From assembly GCF_009914755.1 (NCBI RefSeq), contig NC_060926.1: a stretch of DNA of 64,000 bases; one strand, 5' to 3'. A program made the position numbers and the translations under genes. The number at the start of each line of letters is the position of its first letter. Position 1 is the stretch's first letter. This document shows positions 10,905 to 23,810 of this stretch, piece after piece. The stretch comes from the human T2T-CHM13v2.0 reference genome, Homo sapiens. The notes beneath the pieces are model-generated. The model worked only from the letters and a program-made list of their open reading frames with translations, was not told where the DNA came from and made no database searches.

Positions 10905-11095
10905 TGCATGTGTGTCTCTGCATGTATACATGTGTATGCACACATGTGTTTGCCTGTCCACATATATGTATATGTGTGCACGTGTGTGGATATGTGTGTT
11001 TATATCTGTGTATATGCATGTGTGCATTTACGTGCACATATGTGTATGTTCAGATGTGTGAATGTGCATGTGTGTTTATGGTGCGTGTGTGTGTT
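10905..11095. repeat. Degenerate (TG/TA/CA)n low-complexity tract
   Basis: Read directly. Confidence 0.9.
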
Positions 11096-11849
11096 TGATT
11101 GGGTGGGGCAATGGAATCAGAGGTGAGTCAGTATCTCTGCAGCATAGGTCAAAAAACACTTCAATCTCTATTTATAATCTTCATAATATTTTTATTCTTA
11201 GTTCAGTTGGTCTTGCTGTGAGCAGAAGTACAGACTTCTGTAAGAAGTAAAATTAGCATTACTTCTTTTCTCTCCCATTTTGCCTGTGTGCCCAATATAG
11301 GACAATGAGTCTTTATACTTTTGTAGAACAAAGGGAAAGGGGGTGTTCAGAAGGAAATTGTAAGAGATGCCAAAAGGGGAAGTTCTGTTCTCCCTCACAC
11401 TCTTTCTGTTTTACAACTCTTTCATCTTCACTTACGGGAAATTTTTTTTTTGTAATGAATATACATTACTTTTATAACTTGAGAAGAAACAAGGGATGCT
11501 TTAAAAACCTTATGTTAAGCACCAGTATGAATTCTCACTTGGAGTGAAAAGTAAAAAAAATAAAATCATCTATATCTATTAAAAACACATTAAGTATCAG
11601 CACAAGGTCTATTATAGAAATGTGAAACTATTCAGTTCTTGAATATTAAATTAATTATTTAGATTCATTCAGAGTGCATTTTGATTCAAGTGGTCTTACT
11701 ACAAGTCAACATGCTTTGTATTAGTTATTTATTTGAGGACTCTTCCTCATGCATAGTTTTTCCTCTAAACCAGTCTCCAGAAGCAGTGTTTCCCCTCACT
11801 GAGCAACATGAATATACAGACAATATTCAAACGAATTTTTTCCCCAAAT

Positions 11850-13110
11850 CACCACCAATTCTTGTCTGCAATACTTAATAGTCTTCTATCAGATGTCCCT
11901 GTTTCCAGTTCTTTGTTTCACCAATATCTGTTATGCAATGTTGCTTAAATTCTTACCTACCAGGTAAATGATAGACATCTGCCCAAGTCACTCAAGGCCC
12001 TCTGTGACCCTGCTCCCTGCTGGCTGGGATCTCCAGCCTCTCTCCTGCTATTCCTCTACACTTCCCCTAACCATCCAAGCTCTTTCTAGCCTCTTCACAT
12101 TTTCACACTGCTCCCTCTGCCTAGAATACCCCCATGTCTGGTACATCACTTCAACCCCTCCTTAGGCATTAAGATTTCATTCTAATATGGTCTCCTCCTC
12201 AAAGCCTTCCTTAATGTCTCCAAGCTAAATTCTCCTGAATATATTCCCATGGCTCTTTGCTTATTCAAAAATTTATCATGTCTTAGTGTAAAATTTATCA
12301 TGTTGCTATACGGGCAAAGGGAAAACTTCCCCTTTACCCTCAAGGTTTGCAGAAAATCAATGACAAAAGGCAGATTAATAGGAGAAAAGGCAAACAAATT
12401 TACTTGATCATACTTTTACACAATACAGAAGCCTTCAGCGTGAAGGCCCAAAGGTACAGGGGAAACTCCATTTTTATATTTAGGCTCAACACAATATGAA
12501 CAACTGTGCAGAAAGATGATTGGACGAGAAGGCTATGATCTAATGCAAACAGACTGAGTTGGAAAACTCAGAAAAGCCTGTCTGTTGGCTTTTCAGAAGG
12601 GTAAGAATTTAAGCAACATTTTTCTTGGCTTCTCTGCGTAGCATTCTTCCTTCTGGGTGTAGGGGTTTTATGACCTATAATCATACAAGGTAGGTCAGAT
12701 CATTTCTTTATGGCCAGTTTTTATACAAAAAGTTGGTGGGTAAAGTTAGAGTAATGCTTTTAGGTTTTATGGCTGGCTTTGGAGAAAAGGGATTCTGATT
12801 TCTATTGTCTGCCTTGAGGAAGAGGGATTCTAGTTTCTATGCCTAGCCTTAGGGGAGAATAAGAGGCCAGAAACAGCAGGGCAGGAGATGGTCACAGGAC
12901 AATGTTGGCTTTCTGAGGACTTCATTTCATTTAGGGATATCGTTTTCTGATCCTCAGTATTGTTGAAATTATTTTGTTTCAGGCTCATTTATCTCATATT
13001 GTCTTGTAAATTCAAAGAGGAAGATGCTTCTGTGTTTGTAACCCTGGCACCATAGCACAGTCGCTGGCACCTATTGAAAACTCAGTCAGCGTTTCATGGG
13101 TGAATTAATC
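11850..13110 (+). mobile_element. L2 fragments interrupted by an ERV1 LTR
   Basis: 'ctgctccctctgcctagaatacc' and 3' end 'catagcacagtcgctggcacctattg'. Confidence 0.55.
12307..12958 (-). mobile_element. ERV1 solo LTR (MER39/MER34-like)
   Basis: 'gggaaaacttcccctttaccctc..aatcaatgacaaaaggcagattaataggagaaaaggca..aaattta' and terminal 'gggatatcgttttctgatcctca'. Confidence 0.7.
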
Positions 13111-13229
13111 ATTCCATGCGCTCAGTGGTCCCAGTTTTCTTCAATTAGACCATGAACTTCTGTGATCTGGAACTTCTGCACACACTATTGTACTAGATAA
13201 AACATGTGATGTGATAAATGCAATGAGGG

Positions 13230-13931
13230 GTTGTCTGTGAGGATGTCCACCAGCAATTCCTTCCATCCCTGTCTGTGCACTCTGCTCTTCTTATTAAGAG
13301 ACAAAATCGTTTTCCTTCCCCATGAGCCTAGGCTGCCTTGCCACTATGATTTGCTTTGAACACGTAGCTCTGGGCCAGTCCTCTGTCTTGGCATTAGGAG
13401 ATATATCGGCTTTTACTTTTGTGCTCTTGGTATCTAACAGCCATGTAAAGAAGCACGAATTAGATTATTGGATGATAAGAGACCACATGGGCAAAGAAAG
13501 GATGAAAAAGTTCTCAGTTCTTCCAACTACCCTAGTTGAGGTGCCAGACACATGAGTGAAGCCCTTTGGGGATGTTCCAGCACCAGATGAGTGTGGTCAC
13601 AGTGAATATCACATTAGAAAGCAACAGCCCAGGAAATTCTGAGAAATAGTTAACTATTTTCAACCAGAGGTCAGCAAACAATAGCTCATGTGGCCCACTG
13701 TTTGTTTTTGTAAATAAAGGTTTATTGGAATACAGCTAAGTGTATTCAGTTACATATTGACTATAGCTACTTTTGCACTACTGAGGGGAGTTGAGTAGTT
13801 GTGTCTGAGACCATATGGCTTGCAAAGCTTAAAATATATACAATCTGGCCTTTTACAGAAAAATGTATGGACTCTGTTTTAAGGCACTAAGTTTGATCAA
13901 GTTTGTTAAACAGCAAAAGATCACTGAAACA
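13230..13931 (+). mobile_element. MLT1 (MaLR) LTR interrupted by MER58A
   Basis: 'gaggtgccagacacatgagtgaagcc..ttggggatgttccag'; 3' end resumes after MER58A as 'ttttaaggcactaagtttg..tttgttaaacagcaaaagatcactgaaaca'. Confidence 0.7.
13665..13876 (+). mobile_element. MER58A hAT-Charlie MITE
   Basis: 'cagaggtcagcaaac..tttttgtaaataaag..ttattggaatacagc..gagttgagtagttg..gagaccatatggc..atctggccttttacagaaaaa'. Confidence 0.88.
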
Positions 13932-14479
13932 ACTGCTCTCAGATTTCAGCTTATCCATGGAGGTTGGAAGGGGGAAGGAAAGATGTCACAAGTGATATGA
14001 GGTCAGGCCTTAATGTGCATGCACTGATGAGAGTCCAGGACATGAAGGTTGGTACAAACAGAAATCGATCTCTTTTTAGCTCCAGATTTTTTCTCCCCCT
14101 TTCTTACTAATTTTGAGAAAGAAAATACTAGCACAGACTAAGCAAAGTTAAGTAAAACATATTCCCCAATTATATGCAGATGATGGGATTAGAGTTGCTG
14201 AAGGTATTATCTTCCCTCATTACCAAAAGAAACTGCACAGTGAACTGTTGAAAGGCCAGGAGAATGAGCGCCAATGGTCTCTGGGGGAAGGTCCTGGCTG
14301 ATGAGTTGGCCTCTTCTTGTTCAGCTTCTTTAACTCCCTCCCAGCTTGTGATTCCCCAAAGGGCACATCCATCTGTTCTTCAGAAATCAAAGAATTCTTT
14401 GTGTTTTTTTTCCTGTGACATATGAATCTTTTCTGGTAAATTCTGAAATTTTTTTACCCACAAATTTCAGTTAATAGAA

Positions 14480-14645
14480 AGGTGGCAGCATGGCTTGGTA
14501 GCAAGAGTGTGAGTTTCAGAGACACACAGATACAGGTTCAAATCTTGGCTTCACTATTTTTTTTTCCCCGTTTGGGCCTGGACCAAGTGCTTTAACCTTC
14601 CTGTGCACCACTTTCCACAAAGTGTGGACAAAAATGGAAACATAG
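14480..14645 (+). mobile_element. MIR fragment
   Basis: 'ggcagcatggcttggtagcaagagtg..ggttcaaatcttggcttcact'. Confidence 0.6.
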
Positions 14646-15396
14646 TTGGCACAGAATAAATGCCTTTTTGTTATTTTTATAATCAAAATGTATTCTTTGA
14701 CTATGCTCTGAGATGATCTCATTCAATGTTCAAAATAAAAATCCCAGGAATATCACTGCTTACCCAGAAGAGTTTAACAGTAATCACCATTTGTTTGGGA
14801 ACATAATGTGTCCAAGACATTGTGCAAAGTTCTGAAATAACAAAGATGAATATCATAAGTCATAGAAACCTCTTCAGTATGAGGATTCAGAGGTGTTAAC
14901 AGTCAGACCTACTGGGATAGAGGGCTAGGCTGAGTTTTATTCGTTTTTCTGAAATTAGAATGGTAACCATTGATATCCATTAAGTGCTTACCATGTGCCT
15001 AATTTTAAGTACTTTACACGTGTTAGTTACTCTGTTCCTGACGCCCCTGTGGAGGCCGTGGCTGAGACACAGATGTACCATAATGAGCTGTCCTTTCCCT
15101 ACTGGGCTCCACTGCCCTACTTTAACATCGCAGGCATGGGCCAGTTTATTTTTCAATAGAGTGGAAATGTGAAGATGTTTAAGCCTATATCATATTAAAT
15201 GGTGTCATAAGGCAAAATAAAACAAAAGAAAAAACAAAAGAAAGCAAAAAAAAAAGGCAAAAAAAAAAAAAACCAACCAACCAGCTTGACTGTTGTGTTT
15301 CTTCACAGCTGGCTCTAACCAGCACAAGCTGACAAGGGGCAGTGAGCTTTGAATGTCCATTATCTGACCTAGCTGAAGACACTTGCCTGACCCATG

Positions 15397-15443
15397 AACA
15401 ATGGGATTTCGTATAAACAACAATGGGATTTCGTATAAACAAC
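15397..15443. repeat. Perfect 22-bp tandem duplication
   Basis: AACAATGGGATTTCGTATAAAC x2. Confidence 0.95.
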
Positions 15444-16001
15444 TGTGTACACACTTATGGGCTCATTCTGTTTTGTCTGAGTGCTGGTGTTCATTGCTGA
15501 GTTGGCACAGCTCCATGACCTCCCACTTCTAACTTTAAAACTCCTGAGCTTCCCCCTCTTTAGTGACCTACTCAGTAAGTTTCTTCAAATGAATGCTTTC
15601 AGGCCTAGGTAGTAAACAAACTTGACATTTTAATTATTTAAAAAAATAGTTTTGTCTTATTTTTAAACTCTAGTCATTTTTATTTAGTTCTTTGATGAGG
15701 CATAGAGTGAATAAGTAATTTGCTGACTCCAGCTTGTAGTTGGCAAAGCTGACATTTGAACCCAAGCAGGCTGTCCCTAGAACCTGCATTCCTGCCATCT
15801 TATGCTGCTCGCCTGCATAGAGTCAAATACTGAGCACCAGGCTCTTTTCTATAGTGAAATATCAGGTGCTTAAACATAGTCTGAAATGATCTTCATAGCT
15901 GTGTGGTTTGGCAGAATATTGGTAAAGACCTTAATGATATAAAAAATAAAAATCACTGATTATAATACATGTAAACACATAGGCACAGGTTTTTAGTGTC
16001 C

Positions 16002-16910
16002 CTAGTGTTTTAATGGTAATGTTTAATAACAAGGTCTCCAAAAAAATGTGAATGTGTCTAGATACAAGCTTATTATAAATTTACTGGCATAGAGGATGCA
16101 GAGCAATTTACAAATAATAGTAAAAATGCATGCTATTCTTACTGTACATTCCACATGGGCATTTTATTCTCACAGAATGTATTCATTGATTTTTTTTCCA
16201 AATCCTGGCATTCATAGTCAACCTACAGTTAACAATTGTTGAAAGCATATAAACACAAGTACCAGTCAGTATTTTCATTTACATCAGTGAGTAAGACAAA
16301 AGTGAAACAATGAAGGCATATGCTAAAGCTTTGCTTGTTTGTCAATGATGGAAGCTGCTTCTTTGGCGAGTCAAATAATAGCTTTAGAATACTAGTAGAA
16401 TATTTCCTAAATTGTGTGTGTGTGTGTGTGTGTGTGTGTTACAATGTAATGGAAGCAACATGACACACTTTTAAGTTTAAATCTATATTACTAGTATTTT
16501 CTCCATCGCTTTCTTCAGTCCAGAGAATCGATAAAACAATACATCAGGCCATGATTTGTATAATAACAGTGTATAGTTTCTGTGGTGTGAATAATCGCAC
16601 CATGGCCAATCTTACCGTACCACCATGCAGTTCCTGAAGGTGGACCTGAGCAGAAGTGTGCAGTAGCACAGCACTTGCAGTTACAATAGATATAAACAAT
16701 CTCAAGATCACAGACATTTGTGAAATGCAGTCAAAGGACAGAAAATCATGAGTTGAGTATTGTCTTTGTTTTTAATATGATTCATCAGTTGTAAGTTTGT
16801 GTAATTTATCTTTTAATAACAACTATGTTTCACAGCCAATTCACAAAATTTCTGAATATTTAGCAAGCAGCTCCCCTGAACTAGTATAAGCTGTCTGCAG
16901 AACACCAATG
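16002..16910 (-). mobile_element. MER63 (C/D-like) hAT-Blackjack DNA transposon, near full length, with (TG)n at 16413-16439
   Basis: 'gacacacttttaagtttaaatct', 'caccatggccaat', 'gtgcagtagcaca', 'tcacaaaatttctgaatatttagcaa' and terminal 'cagaacaccaatg' match the reverse complement of MER63. Confidence 0.75.
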
Positions 16911-17269
16911 GGTGTACATGAAGAATTTGTGTACAGGGAAAATACAATCACTGTTTTGAGTTAGACTTCAAAATATGCACCTAAACTCTCAGACATTTTC
17001 ATATCATTTATAATAGAGGAAATGTCTTCCAAACTTAAGTGGGATGCAAAGGGTATGTTAACATATCTCAAGAAAGTCTGTGTTAATCGAAAGGAATCTG
17101 GTCAGCTGAAGCAGCAGCAATCTACATTGGGTCCAGATGGAGGGAGCTAGGACTGATAGACAGCTCATACCAATGTCCCCATTGCCCAGGCTGTCCTCAT
17201 ACAGCAGGTGGAGAGAAGCATCACTCTGTTGTCTTCTGGGTGATCATTGCAGAGTGAAGAGTGCTCGGC

Positions 17270-17450
17270 ACCTGTCCCAGGTTCCTTGTGCATATTTTTG
17301 CTTGTAATTGTTAAAACAAATTTCCCCTAGGTAGTAGCATTGCTTCTAGTTTTAAAACCATGAAACTGAGGTTGAAGACTTGTGAAGTAATTTTCTCAAA
17401 ATCACTTGTCTGTTAAGAGGTGGAGTCAGAATGTCAACCTGGAGAAGAAC
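17270..17450 (-). mobile_element. MIR fragment
   Basis: 'tgaaactgaggtt..gtgaagtaattttctcaaaatcac..ggtggagtcagaatg'. Confidence 0.55.
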
Positions 17451-18519
17451 CCCAAAGCTTTCCCTCTTTTATCCTGAAGATTCAAATAAATAAAAAATAC
17501 TTAGAGCTGAGAATCACCTCGGATGTTGGTAAAGGTCATGATGCTGCTGGAGGTTGTTCAGAGGATCCAGACAATGATGGCTGGAATGATTCCTATTAAA
17601 AGTGAAGAAATGTTACTGGAGTGAAGTTTGGAATATTTCAGAGCATATGTTTTCCCCCAGTAGCAAGAATTCTTTTGCTGGTAAGTTAAAGAGGCAGGAA
17701 ACAATGCAGTGATATTTTCTGCTTTCCCTTATGCCTTCTGCACTTTTATCCCAGAACTTCAAGTGCAAATTAAATAAAAAGGCTTGTGATCTTTTCTATC
17801 CTAGAGAAATAACTCCTTAAACATCCATTCTCTTAGTTTTACTTATCTTTTCTTACCTTCTGCCTCTCAGTGAGAAGTAGTCTTTAAATGACCAGTGAAA
17901 GGCTGATTCCTGTCTAGTGGCCATAGTCAGCCCTGCCTTCTCTCCCTGGAGCTACTCGGTGCCTGTCTAAGTCACTGAGTCATATGTCCCTGAAAAGGAA
18001 CAAGGAAGTTATGTTCATTTAATAATCTCTTAAAATATGGCCTTCGTCAAATAAATCAATGAACTTAAGAAAACCCAGAACTCAGGGCGACTTGCCTTCT
18101 GACTGTGTGACTTTTGAAGCATCTAAGGTGAGCGTGTCAAATAATACATGACGATCTTCAATTCTCAAACGTATGCCCAGTCCTGACACCATCACCACTA
18201 AACACACATTCACACACACACATACGTATCCATAGGTACATTTTTCTTGTAACTTCCAGGTTAAGATTTGGTTCAATAAAGCAGATCTGGTATAGCTAGT
18301 GTATCACTTATGGATTGGGGCTTTTATTTCTCTTTTTAAATTCATGGAATTTTATAACTTTGTGGGAAAGTAAGTTTTGTTTCTTTCAGCCTTTTCATTG
18401 CATGAGAATACAGTGTCTCAGGAAGGTTAATTGACTTCATTTGAGTCATACAAACATGGATCCACTTAATAATAAATCTGCTTATACAACTCAGATGCCT
18501 TGATTTTTTTTAAAAAAAT

Positions 18520-18885
18520 CTTTATTTGTTTTAGAATTTTTTAAATTTACGGAAATACTGAGACAATACTATGGAGTTCCCATATACACTGTACCCAGTT
18601 TCTTCATTATTCACATTGTACATTTGTGTGGTGCACTTATTGCAATTAATGGGCCCATATTGATAAATGGTCATTAACTGAAGTCCAGAGTTACTTGGAT
18701 TACCTTAGTTCCTACCCAATGTCTTTTTTCTCTTCTGAGATTCCATCCAGGATGCCATGTTACAGTTACATGTCATGCCTCCTTAGGCTCCTCTTGGCTC
18801 TGACAGTTTCTTAGACATTCCTCGTTGAAAACCTTGACAGCTTTGAGGAGCACTGGTCACATGTTTTGTAGAATGATCCCCTCAT
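18520..18885 (-). mobile_element. L1MC/L1MD-like 3' end
   Basis: 'gagttcccatatac..attaactgaagtcca..ccatccaggatgccatgttaca..gacagtttcttagac..tttgaggagcactggtca..tttgtagaatg'. Confidence 0.8.
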
Positions 18886-19199
18886 TTTTAATCCAGTGTT
18901 ATCTCTCTGTTTATTCAATACTTGCCTTTTTTTCTCTAGGAACTTCAACAAGGCCTTATCTTACCTTAAGTGAGCAATGTGAATGAGTAATTTGATGAAA
19001 AGATCTGAAAGGACATCCCTTAGTTTGAAAAAAAAAAAAAAAAAAGCTGTACCCTTCCAGAAGCCTGGCATAAGGCCAGCACATCCTTCACTAGAGACTT
19101 CTTCGTGCAGGAGTGCCCTCCGGAGTGCAGACGCTGCCCGAGCAGAAGCAACACACCAATGCTTCATCATCTGTTAATATCCTTGCACAATTACTTTAT

Positions 19200-19680
19200 A
19201 TATATATTTGCAAACATCTACCTGCTATATACTAGGCACTGTTCTATGAACTTGCATTAATTAATTATTACATTATTTCAGCACCCTTATCAGATAGATT
19301 CTATTATTATCCTCATTTTGTATAAGAAAACCAAGGTACACAATTAGGATGTAATGTGCACCAAGACCCAGAGGGGAGACAGAGGATGGACTCATAGAAA
19401 AGTAGAAGACATTTTAGCATGAAGAGGTGTGAGTGGTATATGATGGGGCCACATCCTGGAAGCCCTTTTTGGCCATGCTAAGACCATAGATTTTTTCCCC
19501 AAATAATGATATAATACAGAAAGATTATAAAAAGGGGTATGATCTGCTCAGATTCATATTTTAAGGGAATTCCTTTCCTGCAGCATGCAAAATGGGTTTG
19601 AGGTGGACTAGACTGGATCAGAGAGGCTGTTAGATCTTATGGGTGAGAGAGATAATCTGCATAAAGGCTGAGGAAAGGGG
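19200..19680 (-). mobile_element. MIR followed by L2 fragment
   Basis: 'ctattattatcctcattttg' (MIR); 'ggccatgctaag..tgatctgctcagattcatattttaa' (L2). Confidence 0.55.
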
Positions 19681-19790
19681 AATATTTCTTGGTCTCTGAA
19701 ATTTTGCTTCAAACAGGCCTCATTCTCTGCAGATACTCAGAGATGCAACTGGAAAACTCAAGATTTTAATATGCCCAAGTAGACGAGAGG

Positions 19791-19792
<2 letters not shown>

Positions 19793-19838
<46 letters not shown>
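19793..19838. repeat. (AC)n microsatellite (~23 units)
   Basis: Read directly. Confidence 0.97.
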
Positions 19839-19843
<5 letters not shown>

Positions 19844-20361
19844 CTTATTTATATGTATATATTTAGTTATTTATCATAAATTGATTGGTAGCAGGTACTA
19901 AATCTTTTTTCTTAAACTTTTGTAAGCAAGAAATAGAACATTTTTGTATTTTGTTCCTATCAAATTGAATCTGAATCTGAGCTGAGATGCAATCTTGGTG
20001 ATGATTGGGTCATTCTACCTGGGCATGAGGACTCTGGAAGGCTCACATAGTACCCTGAACTGGGGGAGGTCTTCTATGCTTCTGCTCATCATGGTCGACA
20101 GTGGCATTCCCATTGTCCAGGCAGGTGCTTTCCACTGCTGACTCCTGAGAGATGTAGGCCAAAGCCCTTGTCTCTGCCCCAAGTGCCAAGGTGTGTGGTT
20201 GGCCATCCTAGCCCCTGGGGAGCCTCCCACTCTGAGGATTTCCCACCCCCTAGGCCATTAGAAAACCTGCATGAGAGACTCACTCTGCCCTCTTTCCACA
20301 GAGGGACACTTCCTCTCTTTTCCTCAGTGTCTCTGCCTCTGATCCTTCGAAGAGTGGCAGC

Positions 20362-20550
20362 CCAGTGTGAGGAATGGAATTCTGTATGATGATGGACATG
20401 TTCTATTCTGCATTTTCCAGAATTGTAGCCACTAACCATCATTTGAAATATGGCTAGTGCAAATGAGCGATTTAATATTTAATTTTATGTAATTTAAATT
20501 GAAGTTTAAATAGCCTCTATGGCTGACAGCTACAATACTGTATAGTGAGA
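20362..20550. mobile_element. MER3-like DNA transposon
   Basis: 'gatgatggacatgttcta..gtagccactaacca..catttgaaatatggctagtgcaaatgag..tttaaatagcc'. Confidence 0.75.
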
Positions 20551-21194
20551 GAGAGGGAGAAGCCAGGAAGGAAGTTGATTTAAGCAGCTGTGCTTTCTGC
20601 CTTGCAATGCAAATCACCCCTAAGCACAGGGGCTTTGTGGTCTGCTTAGAATGGGGAGGGAAATATACAGAAATTCTTATCTCAATACATCATCCTGACA
20701 CAGATACATTCACTTTCATGCTTATATGCTTTGGATGCGTTGCCTGTTTGTAGGTTGCAGGGAGGGGCTCAGATTGGTAATTGAAGCAATACTGGAAAAC
20801 TCCCCCAGAATATTTTCTGCTTTCCTTTCTCACCCTACAGTCTACCCATTGGAAGCATGGCCAAAGTCAGGGAGGTTCAGGACATTCAATGCTGAGCGAG
20901 GTCAGCTTCAGCCTTGCTTCACTCAGCAGAGTCAAGTGAACAGGCTGTGCTGGGAAATGGGATTTCTCAGACTCTCAAGGTTGTGCGGATGTGCCACCAC
21001 CCACCAACCTCTCCCTTGGCTGTCCCTCACTGCTTCAGTAACCCATACTTAGAAAGCACATTCACCATGAATGCTCTTAGCAGTCCTGGGAGGTTAATTG
21101 GTGGAGGTGGTCAAGACAAAGAGGCATTTGGTCATGCCTAGAAGTCACTGCCAGGCTCTCCCACAATTCTCAGTTTCAGAGTCCTATAATTTGT

Positions 21195-21272
21195 TCTTTC
21201 TCCTTTCTTTCTTTCTTTTCTTTCTTTCTTTCTCTTTCTTTCTTTCTTTCCTTCTCTTTCTTTCTTCTCTTC
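21195..21272. repeat. (TTTC)n/CT-rich tract (likely L1 tail-derived)
   Basis: Read directly. Confidence 0.85.
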
Positions 21273-22195
21273 TTAGATATAATTCGTATATCATAAAATT
21301 CATCGTTTTAAAGTGTTTGTTTCAGTGGTTCTTAGTATATTCACAAGGTTGTACAACTATCACCACTATGTGATCTTAAATACGTTCATCAACCCAAAAT
21401 GAAACCCTGTACTTGTTAGCAACTTCTCTCCATTCTCTTCTCCTCTAAGCCTTTGGCAACCATTAACACTAATCTATTAACTTTCTGTCTTTATGGATTT
21501 GCCTATTCTGGATCATTTATATGAATAAAACCACTCAATAAATGGTCATTTGTTTCTGGCTTCTTCCACTTAATAGAATGTTTTCATGATTTGTCCATGT
21601 TGTAGTATATTTCAGTACTTCCTTCCTTTTTAAGGCTGAGTAATATTCCATTGTGTATACATATCACATTTTGTTTACCCGTTCCTCAATTAACAAACAT
21701 TTGGATTATTTATACTATTTGGATCTTATGAATAATGCTGCTATGAATATCACTACAAGTTTTTGTAAATATGTTTTTAATTTTCTTGAGTGCATACCTA
21801 GGAGTGGAATGGCTGGATCATATGGTAATTCTATGTTTACATTTTTAAGAATCACCAAACTTTTTCCATAGAAGCTGCACCATTTTACATTTTTATTAGG
21901 AGTACTTGAAGAGTCTAATTTCTCCACAACCTTGCCAACACTTGTCATTGTCTTTTTATTATAGTTATCCTAGTGGGTGTGAAATGGCATCTCATTACTG
22001 TTTGATTTGCATTTTCCTCCTCACCAATGGCATTGAACATCCTTTCATGGTAAAGGATTTGTCATTTTATTTAAATTGCATTACTTTTCTTTGTGTTGTT
22101 GATTTGCAAGAGGTTTTTTTATGTAATCTATATACTAGGCCCTTGTCTGATATATCATTTGAAAATATGTTCTTCAATTCTATGAGTTTTCTTTT
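21262..22195 (-). mobile_element. L1MB-like 3' region
   Basis: 'tatggatttgcctattctgga..gctgagtaatattccattgtgtat..atacctaggagtggaatggctggatcatatggtaattctatgttt'. Confidence 0.85.
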
Positions 22196-22199
22196 TTGT

Positions 22200-23300
22200 A
22201 TTTTTACAATATATTTAATAGTATATATTTAAGGTATACAAAACATGATATTATGAGATACATATAGATATTAGGTTGGTGCAAATGCAATTGCGTTTTT
22301 TGCCACTATTTTTAATGGCAAAAACCACAAATACATTTGCACCAACCTAATAGTAAAAAGGTTATTATACTGAGGCAAATTAACGTATCTATCATCTCAC
22401 ATAGTTACGCATTTTTTTTGTTTGTTTTTGTGGCAAGAGCAGCCAAATCTACTAGTTTAGCATGAATCCCATACACAGTACGCTCTTATTACCTGTATGG
22501 TCCTCATAATGTACCTTAGATCTCTAGACTTGGTCCTCCTGCATGGCTGCTGCTTTGTGTCCTCTGACCTATATATTCCCATTTCCTATGCATTTTCTAC
22601 CCTCCTCTGTCAACCCTGGTAACCAATGTGTTGTTCTCGATCTCTGTATATTTGAATTATTATTTTTTAGGATCTACCTATAAGTGAGATCATGCAATAG
22701 TTTCTTTTCTGTGTCTGGCTCATTTCACTTACCCTCGTGTCCTCCATGCTCATCTATGTTGTGACAAATGGCAAGATCTCACTCAGTTTTAGGGCTGAAT
22801 AATATTCCATTGTATATATGTACCTCAGTTTCTTTATTCATGCCTTCAATGATGGATGCTTACGTTGTTTTCATATGTTGGGTATTGTGAATAATGCTGC
22901 TGTAAGCATGGGAGATCAGACATCTTTATGAGATGGTGATTCCATTTCTTTTGGGGGTATGCATTGAATAGGGATCACTAGGTTGTATGGTAGTTTTATT
23001 TTTAATTTCTTCATAATTCCCCATACTGCTTTCTAGAACAATCTACATTCCTGTGAACAAGGTACAAGAGTTCCCTTCTATCCACACCCTTGCCAACATT
23101 TGTTATTTTTTGACTTCTTGATAATAGTCATCTTAAATATGAAGTGATATCTCATAGTGGTTTTGATTTGCATTTCCTTGATGATGAATGATGCTGAGCA
23201 CCTTTACATATGCCTGCTGGCCTTTTTATGTCTTCTTTGGTGAAGAAATGTCTATTTACATGTTTTTGCCCATATTTTAATTGAGTTATTTGTTTTTTCT
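22200..23300 (-). mobile_element. L1MA-like 3' region carrying a MADE1
   Basis: 'atctatcatctcacatagttac..taccttagatctctagactt..tataagtgagatcatgca..gctgaataatattccattgtatata'. Confidence 0.85.
22271..22350. mobile_element. MADE1 (Hsmar1 MITE), 80 bp
   Basis: TIRs TTAGGTTGGTGCAAA..TTTGCACCAACCTAA flanked by TA on both sides. Confidence 0.96.
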
Positions 23301-23767
23301 TTTACTTTCTCTTATGATTGACCTAAGGGGGATTTTTTGTCTTATTTTTTTCCCAACATTTTACTGGAAAATTTTCAAATATATATAAAATTTAAAAATT
23401 GTGTAGTGAACGTCAATATACTCATTACCTAATTCTACAATTAATATTTTCTCTTTATGACTTATCAGATATCTATTTTTATTTTCCTTCAACTTTTCTG
23501 AGTATTTCTGGTGCAACCTCCTTCTCCTTAAACTTCAAAAATTCTTTTTCTCATCACCTACCAAGGCTTTGATCCATTCAGGGCTAGCGGAAAAAGAATA
23601 ACACAACAAAACCAAATTCTTCTGCCCAAAATGAGGATCTTTATATGGAACATCTGTATTTGAGTGGTCAAATTTGTTGTCATCCGATTTACATTAAGCA
23701 TAAGTACTTCTGTTCTGCAAATCATTTAAAATGAAGAATTATGATGTCCTTCTGTGAAACTATGAAC

Positions 23768-23769
<2 letters not shown>

Positions 23770-23807
<38 letters not shown>
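23770..23807. repeat. Poly(T)38
   Basis: Read directly. Confidence 0.95.

Positions 23808-23810
<3 letters not shown>

Noticed and set aside
17520-17640. Possible CR1/L3 LINE remnant (also ~5320-5420 and ~9000-9110)
   Set aside because: Resemblance too faint to call without a profile search.
18940-18969. Possible 30-nt exon (TTTTCTCTAG|GAAC..TTAA|GTGAGC)
   Set aside because: Good acceptor but only a moderate donor, no recognisable peptide, and such pairs arise by chance in 64 kb.
20015-20442. Overlapping 71-117-aa ORFs in a GC-richer patch
   Set aside because: No recognisable homology, partly inside MER3, and ORFs on both strands are explained by base composition.
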